A model generated the notes under the pieces. The model ran no database searches and was not told the origin of the DNA. It was given only the letters and a program-made list of their open reading frames with translations. A stretch of 62,355 nt of DNA, counting the filler, from Choristocarpus tenellus KU-1152 (taxonomy: Eukaryota; Protista; Phaeophyceae), in assembly GCA_964200185.2 (NCBI GenBank). It is 11 parts of 11 records of this genome, joined end to end, with 100 filler letters (N's around TTAATTAATTAA, not from the genome) between each part and the next. Parts side by side here need not be neighbours in the genome. Positions count along the whole stretch, not along the records: positions 48,124 to 57,860 come from CAXNAD020003443.1; positions 57,961 to 62,355 come from CAXNAD020014750.1; 9 more parts are not named here. The stretch is one strand, 5' to 3'. How positions within the stretch are numbered: the first letter of the stretch is position 1; each line of letters begins with the position of its first letter. Shown here piece after piece: positions 48,506 to 61,400 of this stretch. The translations under genes and the position numbers were made by a program.

Positions 48506-49180
48506 CCTCTCTTCCGTTATGTAAGGCAAATACAAATGTTCCATTTTGTAGGGCTCCTTTGGAAGTACTTCATGTGGCCCTTGTGCTGCACTTTGGGGGT
48601 AGAAGTCTCCTCGCCGTCGAACAGGGAGTATTTCTGATCGTCTCTACATATATAAAATCATGTCTCATTTACATAGAGGAAGTCTTCAAAGTGGTGGCAC
48701 CTCTTAGACGGTCCACGTTCGTAATCGACTCGACTCTGTGCCCACTTTAGCCTCTTTCGCACGCCCTCAACAGCAAGCAACGGCTTGAGATAGCTTGATC
48801 ACCACCTAAGCCCAAGTCTCTTCGTCCTTTTATCAAACGTTGTCAGCAGCAAAACCCAGACACCCTGCTAGGGACTCCTGGGTTGTTCGGTTGTTGACCT
48901 GGGTTAAATGGCGGGCCTCTCGCAACTGGTCGAACTCGATGCCCTTCCTTACACCTAACCCTTCCCTTCCACGCCGAGTCTGAGTCGGAATCCAAAGCAC
49001 TAGCATCCGTTTGGGCAACAATACTGATTCTATAGCTTTGGTATCGTTCTACAAATAGTGTCAAACATCTCAATGACTTGGTTCAGGTCCCCCCCATTAC
49101 TACCCTTGAGCATCACTGCAATCACTGCTCTCTGCTCCCCCGGCATCATATTCTTCCCTTGGCAAAATCGATCATCTTCT
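48506..49180 (-). mobile_element. Second plant-type mariner family, internally deleted (N-terminal half plus one TIR)
   Basis: Minus strand: EEYDAGEQRAVIA...RTTQESLAGCLG...YLKPLLAVEGVRKRLKW...FEDFLYVNET*FY...PKVQHKGHMK. Stowaway-like end TA|CCTCTCTTCCGTT at 48504. Not nucleotide-similar to family 1 by eye. Confidence 0.72.
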
Positions 49181-51339
49181 TGCCATTGGACGTGACCACA
49201 GTGTGCCCGGAAGACCTCTAACTACTGACTTCAAGTACGTCTCAGTTTACTCCCTCCTCACCCATCCCTTTCTACTTCTCAAAAATAGGAAAATAGGATA
49301 GGATAAACTCTGTATTTGAATCGACCAATCAGGTTGCGCTCTCTAAAGTAGTGCATATATACTTCAAAGAGCATAATAATAATATATTCATATACATATA
49401 TTTACTTGATCATGATCTAGTTGAACATGTAAGATAGTTGGTTTGATCGGGAAAATGGAGCAGAGGAAGCGCTTTGATTGGGGTAGCCTCTGGACGTGAG
49501 AAAGAAACATTCGACAAGAAATTTGTTGTTGTATTGTTGTCTGGACGGTTTCAAGACGGTTGGTTTCTTTTGTCCTCACAACTAAGTTGGGATGTTCATC
49601 ACAAATTTGGAATTGTCTTCCTCTGAGATGATGGATCTGTAAGGGGTCCATCTTGGCGATATCGTTCCCACAAATACTAAAGAGTGGGGAACGAAGGGAG
49701 GCCCTACGTAAGGTTCGGCGCTAGAAGATGTCCGTCTAGACAGGATGACCTAGAATTCTTGGCATGTTTCAGCATCCAAGGGATTCGACTTACCTCGCAT
49801 CACAAGTACCCCTCCTCCCCCCCTTGCCTCCCCTACGAGCCAACCGATCTTCTTCCTCCGCCTCTCTTTCGCCCTTACTCCAGATTCCGACCCTCGCACA
49901 ACGCAACTATAATAACACGTCATTATCCTTGAGCTCACCACTATCTACATTAGCAACAGATCCCATTGATTCAGGTCATCGAACCCTGGGAAGAGTCATG
50001 CAGATCAAACCTAATCCAGACTGCCCCCTAAACCAATACAGAGTCACCATGCGGTCTATCTCCTCCTGTTGTTGAGACCTCTAGCTTCCACCTTTGCTGA
50101 TGATGCCAATGGCGAGGAGGTGAGGGTCTCTGACCGTTCTTGTTTTCATGGTCAGGATCTACCCCTTCTCGAGTCTGTATCGATCCATGGGTGCAGCAAG
50201 TGATTTCATTTGTCCAGCAAATCGTGCTGCTAGTCACGTGACACAAGTGCAGTCCTCTGTGTGGACTACAGAAGTAGTACATTTGTACAGAGCACTTCGA
50301 TATCATGACCAATAACGAACAGAAGGACTCCTTCATCAGCCCTTTATGTCTTCCAAGCTCAAAATCATGATCTGCGCACATTATCCTTACCTTTCCCAAT
50401 GCACTTCTTTGCCCTGGGCTTCATCTTGTGCTCCGTCCGCCCTCTTGGGACCAGTAGTCGAATTGCAGTATTCGTTCATATCAACATTTGAGCCCTTTTT
50501 TTAAACAATTGACAGTCAACAATATAGAGCACAAGAGAAAGAAACAGTGGATATAATCCAAGCTACGGCCATCTTCTTATGACCATGACTCTACGCGTTC
50601 ATTGAACTTACTGCCTCACCTGTTCCTACCCCTGCCCCTCCTCCTCACACCGCCGTAGAAGGGTATTGGACATGACTCCATCAGTACCGATGGCGTTGTG
50701 CAGCCAACTACTGCCAACCATCAAAGTGATGATGATGCTGCCATTGGTAATCCTCCCTGGCCCTTTCTTCAGGTAGATGAGTTGCAGGATTGTTTTCTAT
50801 ATCATTCATTATGATACCTTCTCCTATCACGTTGCCTGAATAGACCAACCTAAAGAAACTCCTTGAGTGATACCACCATTGCTACGATGTTTACATGGAT
50901 ATTAATCACCCGAGAAGCATTCAGCGCACCAGGAAGTTGCAATGCAAATGACAACATATTGACTAAGTATCTCGTACATGCCTACTCAATTGGAAAGAAT
51001 ACTGTATGTTGCTACAGACACAAAGAGTCCGGAGTACACAGCATTATTGTCATTTCTAATTAGGCTAATTGTTGCTTTTGATAGCTCTCCTTGTCAATTT
51101 CATTCCTAGTTCATGATATAATTCATGCCTGCCTTGAAAATAATAACCCCTCACCCCTCCCTTTGCCCTGCCACATTTATCGTGTCCACCTGCCCACCCT
51201 TCCCTCTGAACCTTTGTTCAGGGTGAGCATACATGTCGAATGTCCCACACAGCAGAGGACTGGATAACCCTTGGGCATATGGATGACCTTCTTTCAGGAG
51301 GAAGTAACATGTGCACACCTTGGAATCCCAGCTCTTCAA

Positions 51340-51598
51340 CACCAAAATCTTTGAAGAGGGTAGGAGTTTTGCCCTGTTTGTCCGTTCCGGGTTTGGCTTC
51401 CCATGGGTTTTTATGCTCTTTTTTGTTTTCCTGTGTGAACACAGTTACCTATAATGTATACGACTATGAAAGGTGTGTCCAGAGTAAGGATAATGACACT
51501 TGCTAACAAACACAAATGGCCAAAAATCCATCAAAATTGCTACATTGGACTTATGACCCCAAACGGACACGGCCCTACCCTCTTAAATGCCTTGGGTC
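51340..51598. mobile_element. MITE family A, older and more diverged
   Basis: AGAGGGTAGGAGTTTTGCCCTGTTTGTCCG...CCCCAAACGGACACGG..CTACCCTCT. Confidence 0.78.
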
Positions 51599-52217
51599 CA
51601 AATGCCCACGAACCTCAGCCTCTTCATACCAATGCCACAATTGACCGCCACCTGGAGACAGATATGCGCAACTTGTCCCTCCATACTCCAGTGAAGGTGA
51701 TATGCTATCTCAGAACCTTTAATCCTTGGTTGAGTTTGTTCATAGCCTCAGCCAGTGTCTGATCCATTTGAGTGCATTGTCAGATGTCTCTGTTTCTTTT
51801 CCTTGGAGCACCTTCACAATATGAATGGAACATTGTTTATGGTCAATCTTGGTTTGTCTAGCAGGCGCTCCTGGTTCAATTTCGGAGAAGTAAATAATAA
51901 ACTACGTATTGCTTGTGATGTCTTTCTCTAACTCAGTGTGTTGTGAGCATATTGTTGCTTGGTCAACTGCTGGAGGGGGAACTATGTTTTGAAGATAATA
52001 AGGATACTCCAAATTGTCCAAGTGGTCCACAAATTTCATATTTTTGTTCTTTCATTGTAGATAACATGGATGAGGTAACAATAGCAAGAATCACAGGCTG
52101 GAAATTCTTACTTGTTTTCAGATAATACGTGCTGCGCCTAAACCTTCTACTCGTTTTTGCCTTGCAGCATGAATATATGGCCAGAGTGATTTCAGGATTT
52201 GTTTCCTATTTTTGAAA

Positions 52218-52395
52218 GGGTCAAAGTATCTTTGGGAGGGGGGGGGTCTACACCAGGGTGTCCATTCGGACCCTGGCCAGGAGAGGTGCACTTACATTAT
52301 CCATCTGACGCATGTAACCAAATCACCCAAGAATCACGACACGGAACATTGGGCCCCGAATAGACAGCCACCTACCCCTCAAGATACTTTGAGCC
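52218..52395. mobile_element. MITE family C, TSD AAA
   Basis: GGGTCAAAGTATCT...AGATACTTTGAGCC with AAA on both sides. Confidence 0.88.
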
Positions 52396-53068
52396 AAAAA
52401 TGCTCCTTGTGGTATGGCATGAACAAAATGATCATGATACAATAATTGGAGACAATTGTGACAGATGATTATTCTGGTAAGACAACTATAGTCCACCTTG
52501 TTGATGTCCATATTTGTGTTTACTTCTGACTCTTCTATTCAATGTATTCCTTGAACATGAACTGTAAGCTGGACCCAAATAGTATCGACAATGTTAATGT
52601 CCTGTTGTATTTGAACCTTCTGTTTTTTCATGTATGTCCCAGTGGCAGGGTAGTCATAACTGAGGGAGGTGTACTGCATGAATAGTTGCTGTGGTTGCGT
52701 GTCAATCATCCCCCCTAGATATCATTACTCTGGACTATATTTTGTCCTTCTTTTTGGACTACTACACAGCAACTTCATGCGTCAATCAATACCATATCTC
52801 GATCACATGAATGAGAAATCATGACTCATCAGGCATATCAAAAAACATTATGTTGAAAATGCCCAAGTAGAAATTCAAGTGTTGTAGAGTACTTCAATGT
52901 TGTGGCCAATGAATTCTCTATCATCAGCCCCTTGTGTCCCCCGCACATTTCATCTTAATCCACCACATACACTCTATGCTCCTGGTACCCTCTTTACCCT
53001 GGTATGCCCTCCCTTTCATTTTGTGCTCTACATTTTGTGACAAGTACAACCCGACCCCAACACTTCAG

Positions 53069-55848
53069 GTCAAGCTTCGAACCTCTCCCAAAGCAGTTGG
53101 TAGTCGTCTTCACATACCATATGAAACAGACAACGCTGACATGATCCACAGGTCACATGTATCAACATCACACACACACTGCATGTTCCTCCCCAAGCAG
53201 GAGAGCAAAGTGGTGATGGTCGATCATCATGAAGTGTTCCTTTCTGCAATGAAGATTGCACTGCTGGACAACACAAGTGCACCCCTCACCCCAATAGATA
53301 TTTCTAACGAGTCAGAAATGCCAAAACGGTGAGCAGAGTTGCCTGCTTAGGGGACAAAATATTATGGTTTGGTCAGCTCTACTTTTTGTGCAAGCATGTC
53401 GGTGAAAAAGAGCAAGGGAGTGGTGTTTTTCGTTGTCCTTCCCAGCTGAAAGCAGGTAGGGAATGGAAACAGATGATTTGAATATGTGAAGAGAAACATT
53501 CATACATACATACATAAATACATGTGAACACACATACATACATGCATACATACATATGGAATAGGTAAGTAGGGGGGTAAATTTGGTTTAGAAGGAGATG
53601 CGTTGTTTCTCCGTGTGTGTGTTTGTGCATAAATGTATGTATGAACGTATGCATTGTACATAGCACAGTACAGGAACAAATGCTTTTCGTCAGTATGTAT
53701 ATAAGTATATTACAATAGAATAGTCATAATCCAAGTCATTTCAACTTATTTATTTGGAGATGAAAGTTAAAACACTTTATCAACAAGACATTGATTGCCA
53801 TGTCTATATCCCTTCATATTGTTATTGCGAATGACACTCACTAAATGGACGGATGGTTAATCAGTACACTGATATGCTTTTGTAAATAGTAGACACTTCT
53901 AGTGGAATCATTATCGACCAGTTCAATTAAACTCATACGTGTATGAGATACACATTGTCTTGCTATTGAAACAAAATAAGATATGGATATGGCCAATATA
54001 TTCGTTTTGTTTAGGAAGGTGTTTACTCGATAAATAGATCAATGGCATACCATAGCTACTTTAGCAGAGATACTAAGTATAGTAAACGACATTACTTCTT
54101 GGATTTGTTATGTTGATTGTGCTATAGTTTTCATCTCCAAGCCCATGGTTTTCAACTGAACTGGATGAAAAAACTCTTCAAACACGTTAGAATCTAAATT
54201 AATAAAACTCAACAATATTATTTGATCCATAATCTATCCATAGAGTGATTTCCGTCCTCCATAATGATGATAAATAGATGCTTTTAAAGGCCTTTGTTGC
54301 ACGTACTAGAGACTTCTGTTGTCCTGTGCCGATTAATTCTTTCGTATGTGCTTTCTTTCTCCTCCACAAGGAACGCCCAGAAAATTTTCAGTTGTAGCCA
54401 TAAGTTATCTTGTGTGCATCTTCTAACCCATCATGTTGAACCGACTCGGAAATATCTTTGTTCTATTCGATGGTTTGAAGTGCAGAGTAAGTACTAGCAC
54501 ATATTGGTAACGACCATAGGATTGAAATAGTGTATCATGCGAGTTATATATATTAGATATGAACCAAAGTATCTGTGGGGGGGAGGGGGTCTACACCAGG
54601 GTGTCCATTTGGACCAAAATAAGGAAAAGTTCATCTACATTATCCATCTCATGTATGCGACCAAATCACCCAAAAATCGCGACGTAAAAAAACTGACCCC
54701 AAATGGACAGCCGCCACCCCCCCCTCAGATACTTTGTGTCTATATTTGTATAGTGAAAGAATCTCCGTAATATTTTCCCATTACCTATCAGTGTAAAACT
54801 TCAAGCGATCTTTACAATGAAAAGGAGGTCATAATATTTTTCCCACTACATGCCAGTGCAAAAATTAAAGCAATTCTTATGTTTCAATTGAGGAAAGTCT
54901 CTCTCTCTGTATACACTTTGCAAGTCTTACATTTCACTCCGTCAGAGCTGTATCAGCCGTTGAATGTGCTCATTCTTTTGTGGCTTCAGGATCAAAGTAT
55001 CTGGAGGGGGGGGTGGCTGTCCATTCGGGGCCCATTTTTATATGTCGCAATTTTTGGGTGATTTGGTTGCATACGTCGGATGGATAATGTAAGTTCAATT
55101 CTCCTGGTCAGGGCCCGAATGGACACCCTGATGTAGACCCCCTCCCCGTCCCCCCAGATACTTTGAGTCATCACATCGAGTTTGTGGTGAGAGCTCGAAG
55201 AACACCACTGAGCCTTCTGCACCCAGTCTCCTCTGCAGTTACTACAGCCCCTATTCAAGTCCTAAAATTGTGTTCCTAGTTGGCTGAGAACTACCATTCT
55301 ATGTCGTGTATATGACAAGACTAGCGGCAAACATTTGTTTGCTGTGTTTTGAAAACCACAATGGGATTAAAGATAGGTGTGTTGTCTTGATTGTTTCAGT
55401 CAAATTTCCCATAGCCACCCCCCTTGAGCTGTATGAGCCACTTTGTGCTACTGTGAGGCGTTTCAGAGAGGTCGGTCTCCTCTTAAAGTGGGTGGATTGC
55501 TCAGTATGATACTATCAGATTTTTTCTCAAGGACAAGTATTATTTATACTGCAAGATGGTTGGCAAGAAATTACAAGAAGAAGATGATGATCAGAACGCT
55601 ACGTGGCAAGTTTGATTCTGATACAGGGTCAATATGTAAACCTAACTGTCTCCAACTGTGTGTTGGAGGTTTGAAGCTCGGACAAATTCAGCGCCGTTTC
55701 GTATCACCTGACTAGAGATTCGGTTAGACCATGAATGGGGATAGCTCTTGTTCATACCTCTACCAAATTGTTATCAATTCTAGGCATGGAAGGAATATCT
55801 TTTGTTGGCTGCTCTTCGTAGGCTCCTTTGGAAACGGTTCTTCACATG
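53069..55848 (+). CDS. Putative internal exons of an unknown gene (53069-53328, 54371-54486, 55400-55470, 55532-55609, 55784-55848)
   Basis: Phase-consistent chain (2/1/0/0) with donors GTGAGC, GTAAGT and GTCGGT. Ends ...NATWQAWKEYLLLAALRRLLWKRFFTW. Two MITEs lie in a predicted intron. No firm homology. Confidence 0.4.
54561..54740. mobile_element. MITE family C, TSD TAT
   Basis: GAACCAAAGTATCT...AGATACTTTGTGTC with TAT on both sides. Confidence 0.86.
54989..55169. mobile_element. MITE family C, inverted relative to the 54561 copy
   Basis: GGATCAAAGTATCT...AGATACTTTGAGTC; interior is the reverse complement of the 52218 copy. Confidence 0.86.
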
Positions 55849-57681
55849 GTTTGAATTGCATAGTGTGATGTATTTGTTGGATCAGGAGCGGAAAGAAATC
55901 TCTATTTCACATTCAACAATATATCATGCAGGCGGGTTTCTTGTCCTATAAGATGGTACGCTTCTTGAGTCACACTTGGCATTCAACTCTCTCTAACCTC
56001 AATATAATATTTTCATGTATCGGGTGTCTTGGTCTAATAAACTATACCTGACACAGTAGATACTACTTGGAAATATACTTTGGAAGCAGTCAACTTTCGT
56101 TCTAGCGTTTGGAGTAAGCTCTCATTTTTGGAGATAATATGTGGAAATTGGAGTTTCAAGCATGCTTGTCAATTGGGTATTAACATCAAATCTTCCCTCG
56201 TTTCTCAACTTGTACTGAAATTCATTTGGACAGTTTTTACAATTAACACACACATTCGCAGTCTGCATGTACATTTGATGTAGAGAAAAAGAAACAGCAT
56301 GGCATTGAAATAGTGTATACAAGGTGTAGAAATGCCGAGATCAAATAATTCCTCTTCAGTCAATGACAATGGCTGGTCGATCATTATCCTCTAATGGAAG
56401 TAGCAGAGGCGCATCTCTTGGAGGGTAGGCTGTTGTGATATTAAGCCTCCTCCATACATACATCAAGTAAAGCTGAAATGCGGCGCATGCATATGTTATT
56501 CAGCTTACATTGTCCTCCAGATAATGTAATTTCTCATTCCGCAGCGCCCTTTCTTGTCCTGAAACACTAATCTCGGTGGAGAAGGGGAAGGGTGCACCGC
56601 ATGTCAACCAACATGGATCAGCCTAAAATTAGCAACAAGTCCAAACGAAAACCCCTCTAAGATGGCATGCGTTGCAAAATATGCGTGGTATCATATATAC
56701 CACAGCCAGTGTAGTCAGAAAGAAGAAAATCCAGCAATTCCAAACATATTTGGATATGCCGATGACTATCCTCTAGTGGTATGCTTGCCATGTGTTCAAA
56801 CCCAACTGTCCCAAGACAAGGCAATCTTTATCCCATTGTGCACTTCTCAATAGCATTATGATGCGCTTCAGAGTGCTGTCACAACATTGTGGGTGAACGC
56901 CTCTAAGTGTCTATATGTCTAATCCATTCACTCACTGTAGATCTAGATATTTTTTATTGATAAACATGAAGGTCGAGCTTGCTCTACACATGGACCCCAG
57001 CATGGAGAAGTGGGTTATTGTAGTTCACCCATGACTATCTCACTCAGAGTGGTAGAACTTGTCCTTCAGTAGAGCGTGCCCCTACAGTAGGTGCCCCTTT
57101 CCGAGGTATCAACCATTCACTCGGGGTTAGCTCCACTATTCTTGGAGAGGGCATTTCTTTGCTCGATGCACAACTAAACACGAGGTGGGGGTTGCATTCC
57201 TCTCGTTTCGTGGAAGTTTGAACCGGCTTATTCTGGTTTCTGTGCTGACTGTGTGGCTGATAGGAGCTCCCTGGTGATACGATATGTTGAAGACCTTGCA
57301 ACTCTTAAGTAGGGTACCATTTCTACAAATTTGGATAAGGTCGATGGGTTTTCAATAATGATACAGGGGACCAATCAAAGATACACGTGCTGAGACATGT
57401 TCTTCGGCATTGTGGTCTGGAAGTGTCTCGGCTCTGTGGAAATATCTGTTGACTCAAGATTGTTGTCCTCATGCTGTACACCGCCCTCTATATAGGAGAC
57501 TACATTTCCTCAAACCACATAGATACAACATATTATTCTCCCTGCCCATGGAAATACGATCTCACTCCCAACAAAAAACTGCAGTGTGCTTGCTTGAAAC
57601 ACAGAATAGCAACGATTCAATAATTTCCCCTGCCTGATCATACCATTGAGCAATGAAGTTATGGACCCTGTGAGTGATCAA

Positions 57682-57860
57682 GGCTCAAATTATCTGGGAG
57701 GGGGTGGAGCCTGTCCATTTGGGGTCAATTTTTTCATGTCGCGATTTTTGGGTTCTTTGGTTGCATACATCGGATGGATACTATAAATGCACTTTTATAT
57801 TATTTTGGTCCAAATGGACACCCTGGTGTGTAGACCCCCCCTCCCCTCCCCGATCCTTTT
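57682..57860. mobile_element. MITE family C at contig end
   Basis: GGCTCAAATTATCT...GGACACCCTGGTGTGTAGACCCCCC. Confidence 0.8.
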
Positions 57861-58029
57861 NNNNNNNNNNNNNNNNNNNNNNNNNNNNNNNNNNNNNNNN
57901 NNNNTTAATTAATTAANNNNNNNNNNNNNNNNNNNNNNNNNNNNNNNNNNNNNNNNNNNNACCAAGCTGTTCTTTGTCCTTCATTAAGCACCATCCAAAA
58001 GCCGCGGGTCCAGTGTGGGATAATTCAAC

Positions 58030-58160
58030 AGAACCCCCCTTTATCATCCCCTTCATTCCGTGCCTTTGAGCTAGAAGACATCTACCTCGCCCAAACTTGA
58101 CCTCCCCTCCCACCCCAAGATCCAAGTCGGTCGTGAGCAAGCGACAGGGCAGGCGGGCGG
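58030..58160 (+). repeat. Dispersed repeat shared with 34960-35095
   Basis: CTTCAT.CCGTGCCTTTGA.CTAGAAGACATCTACC...AACTTGA...CGTGAGCAAG in both. Confidence 0.8.
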
Positions 58161-58479
58161 GAAAGCTCGCTCGGGGGTCCTCTTGATCTAACCCTCCTCG
58201 TCTTGTCACCCCAGCCTCAGGTTTCCTCTTCAATTCAATACTGTTCATTCCTTCTCCCCTTGTGCCTCCGTCTGCCACCTCTTTTTTTAACCACTCAATC
58301 TTTAACTATTCGTTCCCTCCTTGATACTTTTATTTCTTTACTGTCCCCTTCCTTGCCTTGTGCCCCCAACCAACCAGAATTCTTCCGCCCACAAAACTCA
58401 GATTACTTCATAACCTTTCCCTTGTCACGATTTTCCGTTTCGAAATGCCCAAAAAAGGGAAAATGCAAAACGAAACGGG

Positions 58480-61400
58480 GGTGAAAACGTGCGTGTAGGA
58501 GATGGCCTTATTGTTGTAACACACAACATAATCGATTTTCCACTCTAATGGTGAGGTATAGGTATTTCCAAATATGTGGAAAGAATGTTTGCCTGTTAGT
58601 ATACCGTTATACCGTGGTACCAATTGAGGTTCCCAGTCAAGATTCCATGATTTCACGGACAGACTTTCTGTTCGAATGTCACACATGGAAGATCCACTTT
58701 ATTCTCACGTCTTGACTGATGGTGATGAAGCCCAACCTTTGATGGTGCTCATCACTCCTCAGTTTTTGCACTTGTCCAACCTTAACCTTGTACCCTTGGT
58801 TACGGTTTGTCCTTGTTCGTGTGGTCCGTCTTGCCCGGTGATTCTCTTCACCGCCCTTGCCTGAGTGAACCACGCCAACACAGAATCTCACGATTCACAT
58901 TGGCGGCACCGGTGTCCTCAGAAATAGGGTGACGGGGCATTTCTGTTTGACCACCGACGAAAGATGCCGAACTCACGATCGAGGCGAAGACGTCGGGCAC
59001 AAGAGCGCAGAACCCCAGATCTGGCGCCATCCAGGGCACCAGAAGAAGAAGCCCAAGGCCACGAGTCCACCGAAGACATGGAGTCTTCAACCAGTATCGA
59101 TTCTGACGTGTCTAGTATCGACTCCACGTCATCCAGTACTATAACACTTGCCGAACGTAGACGTGGATCCCCCCTTCCCCTCTCACAGATAGGCAGGCGA
59201 ATATCAGACCCATGTCGTCAACCCTCGAGCATCGTGTTAGCTCGGGCGACTGTGACACTCGTTGGGTCTTGTTTCAGGAAGAACCGGTCGCACCCCCAAG
59301 TTCTACTACTTGTGAGGTGGCCATTTCACAGGCAAATTTCGGGGACGCTGTACCTGCATTCATCGCGCACCACATCAACGAGTGCACAAGAATGAATACT
59401 GTGCCTCCTGAATGGCTTCAGGACCTGATGAAACTCCAAGTTCGGGGAACGGGCTCCGATCACATAAGATCCCTTCAACAGAGTAGCAACGTCGCCCGCC
59501 CACCACCACTGTCAGAAGGGAGTCGTTTCAGGTTTTCCGCTTCCGAAATACCATCAGGTCTAGTAATTGCAGGTTCTGGAGAAGAGAACTTACCACTCTT
59601 GTTCTCTAAATGGCACGTGGCAATATCCTTGCACTCTAGTCAGTATGGCCCGCATCCCCTGAGACGATTAATGCTCGATGTGTAGAGTTTTTACCGAAAC
59701 TTCTTCAAGGACCAGCTGAAACCTTTTATTTTCAAGCATTGGCGGGTGCAGTAGAGTGGCGTTCAACAAGTGATTTGACTCGTATGCAATCGTCTCTTGA
59801 CACCCCTGTCCCCATAACCCCTCCAAAGACTTGGGATGACATCCAGAAAGCCTTGATCACTGCGTTTACACCCACCCATGCTGTAAGTGTATCAGCTCGT
59901 AGACTAACGTCCTTGAAACAGGGGGAGAATGAGTCGGTTGACCAATATACTTTACGTTCCACCACAGCAATGAATCTTTTTTAGATGATGTTTATCGTAC
60001 AGCATCGTCCTCAGATTCGGTCGACACAAAACCTTTACTTGTCGAACAACTGAAAATAAACCTGATGGAAGACTGCTTACTCCCTGCGATTCGTGTTGAA
60101 CAAATTCCGGACGAATCCGCCACCTTGTTTGCCCAAGCCCGTGACCGTGCGAAACAGCATGAAGCTAACAATCTGTCTGGCAATAACCCCACCCCCATAA
60201 CAACTTACGAGTGCTGTGACCCACAATCCTCGTCGTGGACAGGTTCCCCGTTCAGAATACGAACAATTGCAGCGCGAATGTCAGCTGCTCCGTACAGAGG
60301 TGGAACGTCACCGAGCAGGGGAAAACCCTCTCAACAGGGCCCCAGCTCGGTCGTTGACGAGTCCACCTCCCACAGCCGGGGACACTGACAGACCGACACG
60401 ACCACAAGACACGTCACCCTATGCAGTCCCACCGTCCAACTCGCCGTACACCATGGATCACCAAAATAGTGTGTGCCAGTACCCGGGGTGCCAGGCAGCG
60501 ACTTGTGAGGGACACACGACCCAGTCCTGCTTGGACAACCCGAGGGGTGCTTGTTTATCACACTTGCATCGTAGAGGCAGCGGTCGTGGAAGTCGCGTTC
60601 GTGTTCGTGTTTGAGTTAATGAGGATAGTCAGTCAATACCGGGCCATTATGATCCTCGTCCCTAGAGATGCCCAGGCGGATTCGACTCCTGTCCACTTGG
60701 GAACAGCCATGGTGTTGTTGACACCATCGTAGGGAGTGGCAAGCGTCAGAGGTTGACACCAGTCGCACCTCTTGCTCCGCAGGCATTGTTTACTGCCTGC
60801 ACGCGTATCACTAAGCATTTTTCTTTGCCATTAGTAAAACCAAGCTCGTGTAATAATAATGAAACTTCGTTCAACAGTTCTTTGTGCAGATACCCATCCA
60901 TGCCCAAACCTTTGTCGTTTTCATCACAAAGGGTTCGTGTATCTGGCACCCTTGAAGAACAGGAACAAAATGACTTGACTATCGACACAGCTAGTGATGT
61001 ACCATGTATTTCTGAAATATTTGTTCGCATTCACCCTCAACTGAAACGTTTTGATGTGCATCCTGTCCCACCTGGTGCAATAAATCTACGTGCAGCAAAT
61101 GGTTCACCTTTGCATATCCGTAGATTTATTCGTTTTGCACTTACACTTTGTGACACCACATTGCCAGTTGAAGCTTTAGTGATTCCCCAACCTGGTGCCG
61201 ATAAAATTCTGCTTGATAATAGTGTTATGCAGGCCTTTGGTGCAATCCTTGATTGGCACGAACAACGTCTTTCATTCCACAACAGTCCGTGTGCCATTCC
61301 AGCAAGACATCACATGACAAGGAGCCCCACTCAAGTACGTGATACACGTACCACTCCTTCTTGCTCTTTGGTGAGTGTGCAACATGATTTGACCCTGTAC

